Shown in pieces: positions 20,944 through 32,761 of a stretch of 64,000 bases of DNA. The translations under genes were made by a program, and so were the position numbers. How positions within the stretch are numbered: position 1 is the first letter of the stretch; each line of letters opens with the position of its first letter. The notes beneath the pieces are model-generated. The model saw nothing but the letters and a program-made list of their open reading frames with translations, searched no databases and was not told where the DNA came from. This stretch comes from an uncultured Solirubrobacterales bacterium. GTDB lineage: Bacteria > Actinomycetota > Thermoleophilia > Solirubrobacterales > Solirubrobacteraceae. The stretch lies in NCBI GenBank assembly GCA_963742945.1, contig CAVUNX010000010.1, forward strand, positions 7,234 to 71,233, read 5' to 3'.

Positions 20944-21473
20944 TCGCCCTCCCGGCGCAGTGGGGTGCGCTCAAGCGGCTCGGCGAGCAGCATCTCCTTC
21001 GTAAAGATCAGGTCGCTACGCGTGTAGTCGGAGAGCTCGTAGTCGTGGCCCATCGTGATCGCGTCGAACGGGCAGGCCACCTCGCAGTACCCACAGAAGA
21101 TGCACCTGGACAGGTTGATCTCATATACCGACGCATAGCGCTCGCCGGCCGACACGCGATTCTCCGGAGTGTTCTCGGCTGCCACGACGCGGATGCAGTC
21201 GGCGGGGCAGGCCGCCGCGCACAGTGAGCACCCGACGCACTTCTCAAGCCCCGTGTCCTCGAACTTGTGAAGCTTGTGGCGGCCCCTGAAGCGCGGGTAC
21301 ACGGGCGTCTTCTGCTCGGGGTACTGCACCGTCACGGGTTGTTCCATGATTCGCCCAAAGGTGGTCTTCAGGCCGCGCAGGGTCTCGCCAAACGCGCGGT
21401 AGGTGCCGCGTGCGGGCCCGGGTGCGGGGGTGCGCATCACTTCGATGACGTCCTCGCCTGGATTCCACGTCAT
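20940..21473 (-). CDS. nuoI: NADH-quinone oxidoreductase subunit I
   Basis: Two 4Fe-4S motifs, [12 protein letters not shown] and [12 protein letters not shown]. Confidence 0.96.
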   Translation of the reverse strand: MTWNPGEDVIEVMRTPAPGPARGTYRAFGETLRGLKTTFGRIMEQPVTVQYPEQKTPVYPRFRGRHKLHKFEDTGLEKCVGCSLCAAACPADCIRVVAAENTPENRVSAGERYASVYEINLSRCIFCGYCEVACPFDAITMGHDYELSDYTRSDLIFTKEMLLAEPLERTPLRREGE

Positions 21474-22498
21474 CAGTGCGTCACCACCACGAGCACGGCC
21501 GTCACAAGCGCGTTGAGAGTGGCCAGGGGCAACAGGATCTTCCACCCGAAGCTCATCAGCTGGTCGTAGCGCAGGCGCGGGAGCGTGGCCCTCACCCAGA
21601 TGAACAGGAAGGTGACGAGGGACATCTTGAAGAGCACCACCAGCGGGTCCACCCAGCCGGGAGGGTGGACCCCAAACGGGAGCAACCACCCCCCGAGGAA
21701 CACGGTGGTGACGATCCCCGAGACGACGAGCACGTTGAGGTACTCGGCGAAGTAGTAGGAGGCGAAGCGCCCGCCCCCGTACTCGGTGTTGTAGCCGCCC
21801 ACGAGCTCGGCGTCGGCCTCGGTCAGGTCGAACGGGGCGCGGTTGGTCTCGGCGAAGCCCGCCACGAGGAACACGAGGAAGCCGAAGAATTGTGGGATCA
21901 CGTACCACATGCCTTCCTGGGCGTGCACGATCCCCGTGAGCGAGAGCGTGCCCGCCGTGAAGATCACCCCGACGAGCGCGAGACCCTGCGAGACCTCGTA
22001 GGAGATCAGCTGGGCCGCCCCTCTCATGGCCCCCAGGAACGAGTACTTGGAGCCCGAGGCCCACCCTCCGAGCATGATCCCGTAGAAGGCGACGGCGCCG
22101 AAGGCGAACAGGTACAGAGGACCGATCGACACGTCCACCCCGTACAGGCCCACCTTCGTGCCAAAGATGTCCTGCGTGTCTCCGAAGGGGATGATCGCGA
22201 ACGCCGCGACAGCCGTGACGATCGAGATGACGGGGGCCAGCGCGAACAGGAAGCCGATCGAGGTGCTCGGGCGGAACTGCTCCTTGGTGAGCAGCTTCAC
22301 GATGTCGGCGAGCGGCTGCAGGGCCCCATAGGGGCCCACGCGGTTGGGACCGTAGCGCGCCTGAAAGCGCCCCAGAAGCTTGCGCTCGGCGATCAGCACG
22401 ACCGGCACCAGCTGCAGCGCCACCGCAAAGATCACGATCCCCTTGACGATCTGGATCCACCATGCTTCGTAGTAGCCGACGACGGCAAGTGTGTTCAT
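21473..22498 (-). CDS. nuoH: NADH-quinone oxidoreductase subunit H
   Basis: '[24 protein letters not shown]', '[10 protein letters not shown]', 'PRLRYDQLM'. Confidence 0.97.
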   Translation of the reverse strand: MNTLAVVGYYEAWWIQIVKGIVIFAVALQLVPVVLIAERKLLGRFQARYGPNRVGPYGALQPLADIVKLLTKEQFRPSTSIGFLFALAPVISIVTAVAAFAIIPFGDTQDIFGTKVGLYGVDVSIGPLYLFAFGAVAFYGIMLGGWASGSKYSFLGAMRGAAQLISYEVSQGLALVGVIFTAGTLSLTGIVHAQEGMWYVIPQFFGFLVFLVAGFAETNRAPFDLTEADAELVGGYNTEYGGGRFASYYFAEYLNVLVVSGIVTTVFLGGWLLPFGVHPPGWVDPLVVLFKMSLVTFLFIWVRATLPRLRYDQLMSFGWKILLPLATLNALVTAVLVVVTH

Positions 22499-22533
22499 CC
22501 TCGCGACTCCTCCGTGGGCGTCCCACCCGTCAT
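22495..22533 (-). other. 12-aa mini-[15 protein letters not shown] bridging nuoG and nuoH
   Basis: ATGA overlap with the nuoG stop (22530-22533) and ATGA overlap with the nuoH start (22495-22498). Confidence 0.4.
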
Positions 22534-24526
22534 GAGGCCACCGCCACTTCGCGCTCCTGCGGGCGCACCCCTCGGCCGCCGATCTCCTCGAGTGTGAGCC
22601 CCGCGTACCAGGGCACCGCCTCGAACAGCTGCCGCGAGGCCATCGCACCGCTCAGCACGTCGAGGTCCAGCCCGAGGCGCTGTGCCAGCTCGGCGATTAC
22701 CTGCCACTCGGCGCGCGTCGATCCGCTCCCACCCACTCTCGCGACGGCCGGACGTAGCCGCTGGATGCGCCCATCGGGATGCACGATCGTCCCCTCCTTC
22801 TCGGGGTAGCCCCCCGCGGGAAAGACGATGTCCGCGTGCTCGCGCAGCGCGTCACTGAGGTGGGTCGCATGCGCGATCACAGTCCCCGCGCCCGCATAGG
22901 CCTCTTCCCACAGGCCGCGCTCCGGCTCGGCGACCCCCCCGAGAGGGTCTGAGTCGAGCAGGTACAGGCAGCTCAGCTCCCCCTCCTCAATGCCTCGGCC
23001 ATGGCGCGCGCGTCCAGACCCTCCTCGACCACCTCGCTGAGGCCTGGGCCTGCGTTCGGGAGAACCCCTGCCTCGCGCAGGCCGCGCCCGTTCGCCTGGG
23101 TGGGGATTTCCAGCAGGCCCGCTCCTTCTATGCCGGCGAGCGAGAGCGTCGCGGCGAGGTCGAGCAGCGCCCGGATCGCCCGCTCGCCGTCCCGGCCGCC
23201 CGCAAGCCGCTCGCCCCACAACACCACGATCTCCTCACCGGCCTCCCTCAGCGCTTCCACGAGCCCCTCCGCCGCCCTCTCCTCGAGCAGATCCGCCGCC
23301 GTGGCAGGCACGAGCTTCATGCCGTGACGGCGGGCCCCCTTGCGCAGGCGCAGGTCCAAGATCGGGGCGTCCTCGATCGGGTTCGCCTCGAGCACGAGCA
23401 CCGCGTGGGCGAACTCCAGATCGCTCACCTTCGCCTGTAGGCTCGGCTCGGTGAGCGCCCGCCACAGCTCGACCGGCAGCGTTCCGCCATCGCGCGAGTC
23501 CAGGTGCGGCGAGCCGAGCCCCTCCCGCATCAGACGGGCCAGCAGCAGCCCCTCCTCGTTGGTGGCACCCCCGCCCGCGATCGCCCCGGTGGCTTTGCCG
23601 GCCCGCTCCAGGCGGGTGGCGGCCTCCTCCAGGGCTCGCTCCCAGGAGACGGCCCGCAGCTCGCCGCCGTCGCGGATCATCGGCTCGGTGATGCGGTCTT
23701 CGCCGAGTCCCGGGTAGGCGAAGCGGCCCCTGTCGCACAGCCAGCCGTCGTCCACCTCGGGGTGCTCGCGCGCCAACACCCTCAGCACGCGCTCGTCGCG
23801 CACCGTCAGGCTGACGTTGCACTGGGCCGGGCACAGCGTGCACACAGAGCCCGAATCCTCCACATCCCACGGCCTCGCCCTGAAGCGATAGTTGCGTGAT
23901 GTCAAGGCCCCCACCGGACACAACTCGACGATGTTGCCGCTGAAGGGCGCGACATAGGGTTGCCCGTCAAACGTCGACACGTACGAGTGGGCCCCCCGCT
24001 CCAGCAGGACGAGCTGGTAGTCCTCCGAGATCTCCTGCGAGAAGCGCACGCAGCGGTAACAAAGGATGCAGCGCTCCCTGTCGATGGCGATTGTCGGCGA
24101 GAGCTCCAAGGGCTTGACGAAGTGGCGCTTGGGCTCCACGAAGCGCGACGTTGCCCGAGCCCCAGCCGAAAGTGATGTCCTGCAAGGGGCACTCTCCGCC
24201 CTTGTCGCACACGGGGCAGTCGAGCGGATGGTTGATCGAGCAGGAACTCCACCACCGCCTCCTGGGCCGTCTTCACGCGCTCGGACTGGGTGTGTACGAC
24301 CATCCCGTCCTTCACCGGGGTCGAGCAGCCCGTTTGGAGCTTTCCGATGCCCTCGATTTCCACCAGGCACATGCGGCACGCGCCCACGGGGTTGCCGAGC
24401 TTCGGCTCGTAGCAGAACACCGGGATCTCAACGTCGCCCAACTTTGCGGCGTCCACCAGCATCGCGTTTTCCGACGCCTCCACTTCGCGTCCGTCGATTG
24501 TGAATTTGATGACACGGGCTTGTGGC

Positions 24527-24534
<8 letters not shown>
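22530..24534 (-). CDS. nuoG: NADH-quinone oxidoreductase subunit G (3 apparent frameshifts: ~24237, ~24152, ~22985)
   Basis: '[17 protein letters not shown]', 'CDKGGEC', '[10 protein letters not shown]', 'CTLCPAQC', '[14 protein letters not shown]', spread over four frames. Confidence 0.9.
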
Positions 24535-25798
<1,264 letters not shown>

Positions 25799-25819
25799 CG
25801 GGCGCCCCCTCCGGACGCG

Positions 25820-26396
25820 TCAGACGCCGAGCTCCGCCTCGACTGGGTGCGCTGGGAAGTCGCGCGAGTTGGCGTGCGGATCGGCCACCCTGCGCCTGGA
25901 GAGCTGCTTGTCGGCCAGCACCGGTCCCCCCGAGCGCACGTCCGCGAGCAGTTGGGGCACGTCCTCGAGCGTCAGCGGCCCGACGAACACGCCGTCAACC
26001 GAGGCCATCGGCGCGATGTCGCAGGCGCCGAGGCACTCGAACGAGCGCACGTTGAACTCCAGCGTCATCTCGCGCGGCGTCGCACACGGCCTCGTGCAGG
26101 GCGTCGGCGCCGCGCAGCGAGCAGGAGATGTTCGTGCACACGTACACGCTGTGCCTACCCACCGGCTCGGTCTCGAGCATGTCGTAGAAGGTCGCCACCG
26201 CGGCCAGATAGGCGGGAGTGACGCCCATCACCGCGGCCATCTGCTCGATCGCCTGCGGCGAGCACCAGCCGTGAACTCGCTGGGCTGCCTCGAGCGCCGG
26301 CAGCGCGGCCGAGCGGCTGTCCGGGTAGAGCGCCATGTGCGCCTCGATCTCCTTGCGCAGCTTGGCCGGCACCTTGATGGCCCTGGCGGCGCTCAC
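25820..26396 (-). CDS. nuoE: NADH-quinone oxidoreductase subunit E (frameshift ~26070)
   Basis: 'VATFYDML', 'VCTNISCSLRGA', 'ECLGACDIAP'. Confidence 0.9.
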
Positions 26397-27648
26397 CGGT
26401 CTATGCCCCCCAGGATCGGGTCGAGCATCGCCAGCGTGGCGATCATGTCGGCGATGTAGGAGCCCTCCGCCATGTGCGAGAGTGCCTGAAGGTTCACGAA
26501 CGAGGGGTCGCGCATGTGCACCCGCGCCGGCTTTGAGGAGCCGTCGGAGCGCACGAAGCAGCCGAGCTCGCCACGCGGCCCCTCGATCGCGTTGTACACC
26601 TCTCCCGGCGGCACCCTGAAGCCCTCGGTGACGAGCTTGAAGTGGTGGATCAGCGCCTCCATCGAGGTAGCCAGCTCGTGGCGCGGCGGCAGCGCCACCT
26701 TGCGGTCGGTTGTGATGAACGGGCCCTCCGGCAGACCGTCGAGTGCCTGGTCGATGATCTTCACCGACTCGTAGATCTCGGCGACGCGCACGGCGAAGCG
26801 GTCGTAGTTGTCGCCGACGGTGCCCACCGGGATCTTGAAGTCGAAGTCCTCGTAGGAGCTGTACGGATCGGCCTTGCGCAGATCCCATGGGTTGCCCGCC
26901 GCGCGCAGCAGCGGGCCGGTGACGCCAAGGCTCAGCAGCGTGTCGGCGTCGAGTGGGCATGTGCCGCGCAGGCGCTGCAGCACGATCTCGTTCGCGTTCA
27001 GGATCGCCCCGTACTGGTCGGTGCGGCCGGGCATCACCCTCGTGAAGGCGCGCACCTTCTCGACGAAGCCGACGCGGGATGTCCTCGATCACGCCCCCCA
27101 CCTGGAAGTAGCGAGTGTGCATGCGCGCTCCGGAGGACATCTCGAAGAGGTCGAGGATCAGCTCACGCTCCCGTAGGCAGTACAGGAAGATCGAGACCGA
27201 GCCGAGGTCCAGGGCGCTCGTGCCGAGCCAGATCAGGTGGGAGGCGATGCGGTTCAGCTCGAGATGGATGACGCGCAGGTACTGGGCGCGCTTGGGTATC
27301 TCCACCTCCAACAGCGCTCTCCACCGCGCCGACGTAGGCCATCGAGTTGAAGTAGTAGGCCAGGTAGTCCATCCGCTCGACCACCGGGATCACCTTCCAG
27401 TAGGCCTTGTCCTCGGCGGTCTTTTCGATCCCCGTGTGCACGTAGCCGATGATCGGCTTGATCGAGCGCACCACCTCACCCTGGAGCGTCACGAGCAATC
27501 GCAGCACGCCGTGCGTGGCGGGGTGGTGGGGGCCGAAGTTGAGTGTCAGCAGCTCCTCGTGAGTACCCTCGGCGATCTGCTCGCCCACGGCTGAGAGCGT
27601 GATGCTCTGCTCGCGGCGGCGATAGTCGGAGAGTTGTCCGGCACTCAC
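26393..27648 (-). CDS. nuoD: NADH-quinone oxidoreductase subunit D (frameshifts ~27315, ~27075)
   Basis: 'NFGPHHPATHGVLRL', 'ELNRIASHL', 'EGPRGELG', 'DPILGGIDR'. Confidence 0.93.
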
Positions 27649-28181
27649 CGCGCCGCTCCCCGCGTGTCGCCTTCGTTGTAGGTGAAGATCACCGGTTCGC
27701 CCCCGACCGGGAAGTCGCGTCGCTGTGGGTGGCCCTCATAGTCCTCGGGCATCAGGATGCGGCGCAGGTCGGGATGGCCCCTGAACGTGACGCCAAACAT
27801 GTCGTATACCTCGCGCTCCTGGTGATCGGCGGTGGGCCAGCCGGGGCCGTCGGGTCCCTCCGGCGTGACAGAGTCCACCTCGGGCGCCCCCATCGGCACA
27901 CGCAGCTTGACCGTGACGCGGTCCACCCTGCTCATGTCCAGCAGCTCGTAGTGGATCCCGAGGCGTGGCTCGTGCGGGTAGTAGTCGACCCCGTGCACGC
28001 TCATCAAGGACGTGTAGCCGCGGTCGCGCAAATGGGCGAGCACCATGCGGATGCCGGCCGGCTCCACTTCGAGCGTCGCGCGACCGCGGAAATGCAGCGT
28101 CTCGAGGATCGCGTCCTCGCCCACGCCCTCGCTATCGCGAAGCTCCTTGGCGAGCAGCTCCAGCCCCGTGGCGTCAGGCAC
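27645..28181 (-). CDS. nuoC: NADH-quinone oxidoreductase subunit C
   Basis: 'EREVYDMFGVTFRGHPDLRRILMP...GHPQRRDFP'. Confidence 0.95.
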   Translation of the reverse strand: MPDATGLELLAKELRDSEGVGEDAILETLHFRGRATLEVEPAGIRMVLAHLRDRGYTSLMSVHGVDYYPHEPRLGIHYELLDMSRVDRVTVKLRVPMGAPEVDSVTPEGPDGPGWPTADHQEREVYDMFGVTFRGHPDLRRILMPEDYEGHPQRRDFPVGGEPVIFTYNEGDTRGAAR

Positions 28182-28815
28182 CGGGCAGGATCTCCTCAGT
28201 ACCCCGAGCGTCGTAGCGCTCGCGCCAGCCCGCCTCGGGGTCGTCCTGGACGAGCTTGCGCAGCTTGAGGATGCCGTGCATCAGCCCCTCGGGACGTGGC
28301 GGGCAGCCGGGCACGTGCACGTCGATCGGCATGAACTTGTCAGCCGGCACCAGCGCGTAGTTGTTGAACACGCCCATGGAGCTACAGCACGCGCCCATCG
28401 AGATCGCCCACTTCGGCTCGAGCATCTGGTCGTACAGCCGGCGGATGATTGGCGCCATCTTGATCGAGACCCTGCCCGCGAGGATGATCAGGTCCGCTTG
28501 GCGCGGGGAGGCTCGGAACGCTTCGAAGCCGAACCTCCCGATGTCCATACGCGGGCCGGCTGTCTGGAACTGCTCCATCGCGCAGCACGCCAGCCCGAAA
28601 GCGAGCGGAAAGAACGAGTTCGAGCGTCCCCAGGCGACGGCCTTCTCGAGCGTCGTGGTGAGCACGCGTTCGTGGACGTAGCGCTCGAGCTCCTCATCGC
28701 TCGTTATGGAGGGGGCCGTCGGGCCGAGCAGCTCCGCCCCGCGCAGCAGTTCCTGTGAGTCGTGCTTGTTTACGCGCAACGCCCGCGGATCGACCGGCTC
28801 GCGCTTTATCTCCAC
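28174..28815 (-). CDS. nuoB: NADH-quinone oxidoreductase subunit B
   Basis: 'FGLACCAME', 'FRASPRQAD', 'VPGCPPRPE'. GTG start at 28815. Confidence 0.95.
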   Translation of the reverse strand: MEIKREPVDPRALRVNKHDSQELLRGAELLGPTAPSITSDEELERYVHERVLTTTLEKAVAWGRSNSFFPLAFGLACCAMEQFQTAGPRMDIGRFGFEAFRASPRQADLIILAGRVSIKMAPIIRRLYDQMLEPKWAISMGACCSSMGVFNNYALVPADKFMPIDVHVPGCPPRPEGLMHGILKLRKLVQDDPEAGWRERYDARGTEEILPGA

Positions 28816-29162
28816 TCGAGTGCTCCCCTGCGCCAGACGTACACGAAGGCCACGACGAGCAGCACGATGAAGGTCACGGTCTCGGCCAGCGCATACCCGC
28901 CGTAGGCGCGCAGCTGCACCGCGATCGGGTAGAGGAACACGACCTCGATGTCGAACAGGATGAACAACATCGCGATCAGATAGAAGCTGATCCCGAAGCG
29001 CATCCCGCGCTTGACCTCGGAGGGCAGGCCGCACTCATAGGGGTCATGCTTGTGCTCTACGCGCCTACGTGGGCCGACTATCGTGTTGAGCACGGCGAAC
29101 ACGCTCCCCACGGCTCCGCCGAGGATGAGGAATACGATCGCGGGGAGATAGCTGCGCAGCAT
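28806..29162 (-). CDS. nuoA: NADH-quinone oxidoreductase subunit A
   Basis: 'PYECG', 'FYLIAMLFILFDIEVVFLYP'. Confidence 0.96.
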   Translation of the reverse strand: MLRSYLPAIVFLILGGAVGSVFAVLNTIVGPRRRVEHKHDPYECGLPSEVKRGMRFGISFYLIAMLFILFDIEVVFLYPIAVQLRAYGGYALAETVTFIVLLVVAFVYVWRRGALEWR

Positions 29163-29173
29163 GCGTCGGGGCT

Positions 29174-29203
29174 GTTATATCACCCTTGTGACAAACTGTT
29201 ACA
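29174..29203 (-). promoter_or_regulatory. Putative nuo promoter: extended -10 (TG-A-TATAAC) plus an adjacent palindrome TGTGACA-N3-TGTTACA
   Basis: The -10 (29174-29182) lies about 12 nt before the nuoA ATG. The palindrome (29187-29203) covers the expected -35 position. Confidence 0.5.
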
Positions 29204-29294
29204 TAGTGACGATTGCCTCGATGCCGGGGGGATCTCCGCCCCGCGCCGCGGGAGGCGGGCGGACCCGGCCGATAGTGACGATTTCCTCCATGCC

Positions 29295-29747
29295 ATGACC
29301 AAAGCGGTCGTCTGGGGGGCGGTCGCGCTTGCAGTGTTCAATGCCGTCCCGGGGGGGCTCGGAGCATGGCGCTGGTACCGCTGCCAGAGCGGTCGCGGCT
29401 TCTGGGTGTTGTTGCGCGTGGCGCAGGTCGCGGCGATCGTCTACGCATTGGCGATCGGAGCCCTCGCATCGACGGGGCATTCCTCAACCGATCATCTCTT
29501 CTATCTATATGCGCTGCTCCCGCTCGCCATCGGCTTCGTCGCCGAGCAGCTGCGCCTCACCTCGGCCCAGACGGTCCTCGACCAGCGGGAGCTACCCGAT
29601 GCGAGGGCGGTCGGGGAGCTCCCCGAGGACGAGCAGCACGAGATAGTCGCCTTGATCGTGCGTCGCGAGATGGGCGTAATGACCCTCTCGGCGCTCGTCA
29701 TCGTGTTCCTTGCACTGCGCGCGGCCGAAACAGCGCACGGGTTTTGA
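29295..29747 (+). CDS. Hypothetical 4-TM membrane protein, divergent from nuoA
   Basis: Hydrophobic helices and GC-rich codon usage. Confidence 0.75.
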   Translation: MTKAVVWGAVALAVFNAVPGGLGAWRWYRCQSGRGFWVLLRVAQVAAIVYALAIGALASTGHSSTDHLFYLYALLPLAIGFVAEQLRLTSAQTVLDQRELPDARAVGELPEDEQHEIVALIVRREMGVMTLSALVIVFLALRAAETAHGF

Positions 29748-29809
29748 GGGCTCGCGTCGACCGGGCCGGCCGTTCCGGCGTGGGCCCCAACCGATATATT
29801 CCGGCGCGC

Positions 29810-30229
29810 ATGAGGCTGCCCTTGAAGATGCTCGTCGCCGCTATGTCGCTGCTCGCCGTCGCCGGAGCGATATCGGCCTGTGGCTCGCAGGGCATCTCAG
29901 TCTCGAAGTCGAGCCCCTACCACCGCGGAGCGGTGCTTTTCCGCGACCACTGCTCCGGATGCCACACGCTGTCGGTCGTGGGCGCTCAGGGCTCGGCGAC
30001 GTCGATCAAGGATCGCGTGCGCACGAACGGGCCGAACTTCAACATCCGCAAGGAGAATGAAGGCCAGGTTCTCTATGCGATCCGCAACGGTGGCTTCTCG
30101 GGGGCGATCATGCCGGAGAACCTCGTCGTGGGCGACGACGCCAAGGACATCGCCGCGTTCCTCGCGGCCTACTCCGGAAAGCAGGCCCAACACGTGCCTG
30201 CCGTCAACATCACCCTCTCCACCAAATAG
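29810..30229 (+). CDS. Monoheme c-type cytochrome lipoprotein
   Basis: Lipobox ISAC, heme motif CSGCH, distal Met in 'GAIMP'. Confidence 0.88.
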   Translation: MRLPLKMLVAAMSLLAVAGAISACGSQGISVSKSSPYHRGAVLFRDHCSGCHTLSVVGAQGSATSIKDRVRTNGPNFNIRKENEGQVLYAIRNGGFSGAIMPENLVVGDDAKDIAAFLAAYSGKQAQHVPAVNITLSTK

Positions 30230-30250
30230 CCCTTCGTTGGTGGAGGCGAC

Positions 30251-31579
30251 GTGCTCGACCTCAAGCTGATCCGCGATGAGACCGAGCACGTGCGGGCGCA
30301 ACTGGCCCGTCGTGGAGAGGACGCCACAGCGGGCCTCGACGTGGTGCTGGAGCTTGACGGGCGCCGCCGCGCCCTGATCCCGCGGCTGGAGGAGCTGCGC
30401 GCCTCGCGCAACGCCGCCGCCGAGGCGATCGCGCAGGCCAAGCGCGTGGGCGAGGACGCCGCCGAGGCGATCGCAAGCCAACGTGAGCTCGGTGGGCGCG
30501 AGAAGGAGCTGAGTCGCGAGCTGGGAGAGATCGAGGAGCGACTGCGCTCCGCGCTGGCCCCACTGCCGAACCTGCCCGACCCGACGGCCGCTCCAGGCCC
30601 GCACGACGAGGTCGTCAAGGTCGTGGGCGAGCCGCGCCTGGGAACGGGCGGCTCGCGGGGCGACGTCGCGGGGGGCGAGACCGCGAAGGGGAACGTCGAG
30701 CCGGCAGAGGGCGAGCGGCCCGCCGGGGTGCGCGACCACCTCGAACTGGCCGGCCCCATGATCGACATGGACCACGCCGCCAAGCTTTCCGGCGCGCGCT
30801 TCGCCTACCTGAAGGGCGATCTGGTGATGGTGGAGCTCGCGCTCGTACGCTTTGCCCTGGAGAAGCTTCGCGGCCTCGGCTTCGAGCCGGTGATCCCACC
30901 CGTGCTCGTGCGCGAGCGGGCGCTCTACGGCACCGGCTTCCTGCCGGACACCGAGCAGCAGATATATCGCCTGGCCGACGATGACCTGTATCTGGTCGGC
31001 ACCTCCGAGGTGGCGCTCGCCTCGTTGCACGACGAGGAGATCCTCCCGGTCGAGCGCCTGCCACTTCGCTATGCCGGCTTCTCGCCGTGCTTTCGCAGGG
31101 AGGCCGGGGCGGCCGGAAAGGACACGCGCGGGATCTTTCGCGTGCATCAGTTCGACAAGGTGGAGATGTTCAGCTTCGTCGAGCCCGATGGCTCGACCGA
31201 TGAGCACGAGCGGATCCTTGCGATCGAGGAGGAGGTCCTCACAGAGCTCGAATTGCCCTATCGCGTCGTCAACATCGCCGTGAACGACCTTGGCAACTCG
31301 GCCGCCAAGAAGTACGACTGCGAGGCGTGGCTCCCGAGCCAGGGCCGCTATCGCGAGCTGACCTCGTGCTCGAACACAACGGACTACCAGGCGCGTCGCC
31401 TGAACATCCGCATGCGTCGCGACAAGCGTGTGCAGGTGCTCCATACGCTCAACGGCACCGCCGTGGCGGTCGGGCGCACGATCATCGCCCTACTCGAGAA
31501 CGGTCAGCGCGAGGACGGCACGGTGGCGCTGCCGCCGTGCCTGAGCGTCTTCGGGGCACCGGCAGTGCTTGGCGCTTGA
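30251..31579 (+). CDS. serS: Serine--tRNA ligase
   Basis: N-terminal coiled coil, 'GTSEV', 'FRREAG..GKDTRGIFRVHQFDKVE', 'ELTSCSN', 'HTLNGT'. Confidence 0.97.
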   Translation: MLDLKLIRDETEHVRAQLARRGEDATAGLDVVLELDGRRRALIPRLEELRASRNAAAEAIAQAKRVGEDAAEAIASQRELGGREKELSRELGEIEERLRSALAPLPNLPDPTAAPGPHDEVVKVVGEPRLGTGGSRGDVAGGETAKGNVEPAEGERPAGVRDHLELAGPMIDMDHAAKLSGARFAYLKGDLVMVELALVRFALEKLRGLGFEPVIPPVLVRERALYGTGFLPDTEQQIYRLADDDLYLVGTSEVALASLHDEEILPVERLPLRYAGFSPCFRREAGAAGKDTRGIFRVHQFDKVEMFSFVEPDGSTDEHERILAIEEEVLTELELPYRVVNIAVNDLGNSAAKKYDCEAWLPSQGRYRELTSCSNTTDYQARRLNIRMRRDKRVQVLHTLNGTAVAVGRTIIALLENGQREDGTVALPPCLSVFGAPAVLGA

Positions 31580-31581
31580 GC

Positions 31582-31619
31582 GATGCCCCACGCACGCGCG
31601 TGGGGCATCCATTTTCGAG
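31582..31619. terminator. 12-bp perfect hairpin after serS, between convergent genes; related to the nuoM/nuoJ element
   Basis: GATGCCCCACGC (31582-31593) / GCGTGGGGCATC (31598-31609), followed by cattttcgag. Confidence 0.7.
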
Positions 31620-31669
31620 CGTGTCGCACTCCGTGCCTCGGGCCGCCAGCCCGTGTGAGGCGCCTCGGG

Positions 31670-32761
31670 CTAGGCGAGTCCCGATTCTCTGATCAGCCCG
31701 GCGGACTGCTGGTCGTTGCCGAGCTTGGCGGGCCCCAGAGCGGCAGGCGCCACAGCGCTGAGCGGCGGCAGGGCAGCGTTGGGCTCGACGCCCGGTCGCG
31801 CCGGGTATTCGTAGTCGTCGCCGTGGGCGATGATCTCCTGTGCCCCCTTGCTCACCAGGAAATCGAGGAACTTCTGCGCGTTGGCGTTGTGAGCGCTCGA
31901 GGCGAGCACCGCCGCGCCGGAGATGTTCTCGATCGACCCCACGTCGTGGTTGGGGAAGTAGTGGAGCTTGCTGTGCATCGCCCCGGCCCCCACCTCGAGT
32001 CGCAAACGAAACCAGTAGTAGCTGTTGATCACCCCGGTTGCCATATCCCCGCGATTGACGGCGGAGACGACGGCCTCGTCGGACTCGTAGAGCTGCGCGT
32101 TGCGCTTCAGCCCAGCCAGCCAGCTCGTTGCGGCCGCCTTGCCGTAGGTCGCGATGACGGCCCCCACGAGCGGCGCGAAGTCCGAATCGGTCGGTGCGAT
32201 CCCGACGCTGCCCTTCCACTTCGGCTGCGCGAGCTCGAGGATCGACGCCGGGAGCCCGGGTGTCGGCACCTGCGCCGGATCGTAGGCTAGGGCGCTGACC
32301 CGCAGCGCGATCCCGGCCCAGTCGCCCGTAGGGGAGCTGTCTCGCGCCGGGACCTGGTCGAGCGTGGCGCTGTCCACTTTCGCGAGCAGCCCGCGCTGGT
32401 CGAGGGTCATGAGCTCGGGAGAGTTCTCGGTCAGGTACACATCGGCCGGCGAGGCCTTGCCTTCCTGGAGGAGCTGGGCAGCCAGGACGATGCCGTCGTT
32501 GGTCCGAACCCTGACGTTGATCCCGGATTGCTTCTCAAACGCCGCCACCAGCGCGCTTGTGAGCTGGGGGTGCTGGCCGTTGTAGAGGAGGATCGAGTTC
32601 TCGCTGCTCGTGCTTGCGCATCCGGCGAGGAGACAGGACAGCGCGACGCTCGCAAGGAGCACGCACCACATTCCCCCGCGGTCGCCGCCGGCGGGGGGCG
32701 ACCTGGGAGGCTCGTGTCCGGAGCGCCTCGCCAGATTCCTATTTCGTGGATGTCCGCTCAT
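31670..32761 (-). CDS. Fe3+ ABC transporter substrate-binding lipoprotein (FbpA/SfuA/FutA-like)
   Basis: Lipobox LLAGC, 'YNGQH', 'SPADVYLTENSP', tandem-Tyr ligand 'INSYYW'. Start uncertain (32671 possible). Confidence 0.9.
   Translation of the reverse strand: MSGHPRNRNLARRSGHEPPRSPPAGGDRGGMWCVLLASVALSCLLAGCASTSSENSILLYNGQHPQLTSALVAAFEKQSGINVRVRTNDGIVLAAQLLQEGKASPADVYLTENSPELMTLDQRGLLAKVDSATLDQVPARDSSPTGDWAGIALRVSALAYDPAQVPTPGLPASILELAQPKWKGSVGIAPTDSDFAPLVGAVIATYGKAAATSWLAGLKRNAQLYESDEAVVSAVNRGDMATGVINSYYWFRLRLEVGAGAMHSKLHYFPNHDVGSIENISGAAVLASSAHNANAQKFLDFLVSKGAQEIIAHGDDYEYPARPGVEPNAALPPLSAVAPAALGPAKLGNDQQSAGLIRESGLA

Noticed and set aside
20940-22526. 528-aa ORF suggesting an N-terminally extended NuoI; likewise the 286-aa NuoB and 438-aa NuoD/E ORFs
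   Set aside because: The extensions are alternative-frame read-through of neighbouring nuo genes in GC-rich DNA.
29897-31444. Long antisense ORFs (e.g. 515 aa opposite serS, 413 aa opposite acs)
   Set aside because: Shadow ORFs expected from high GC3 codon bias, with no recognisable motifs.
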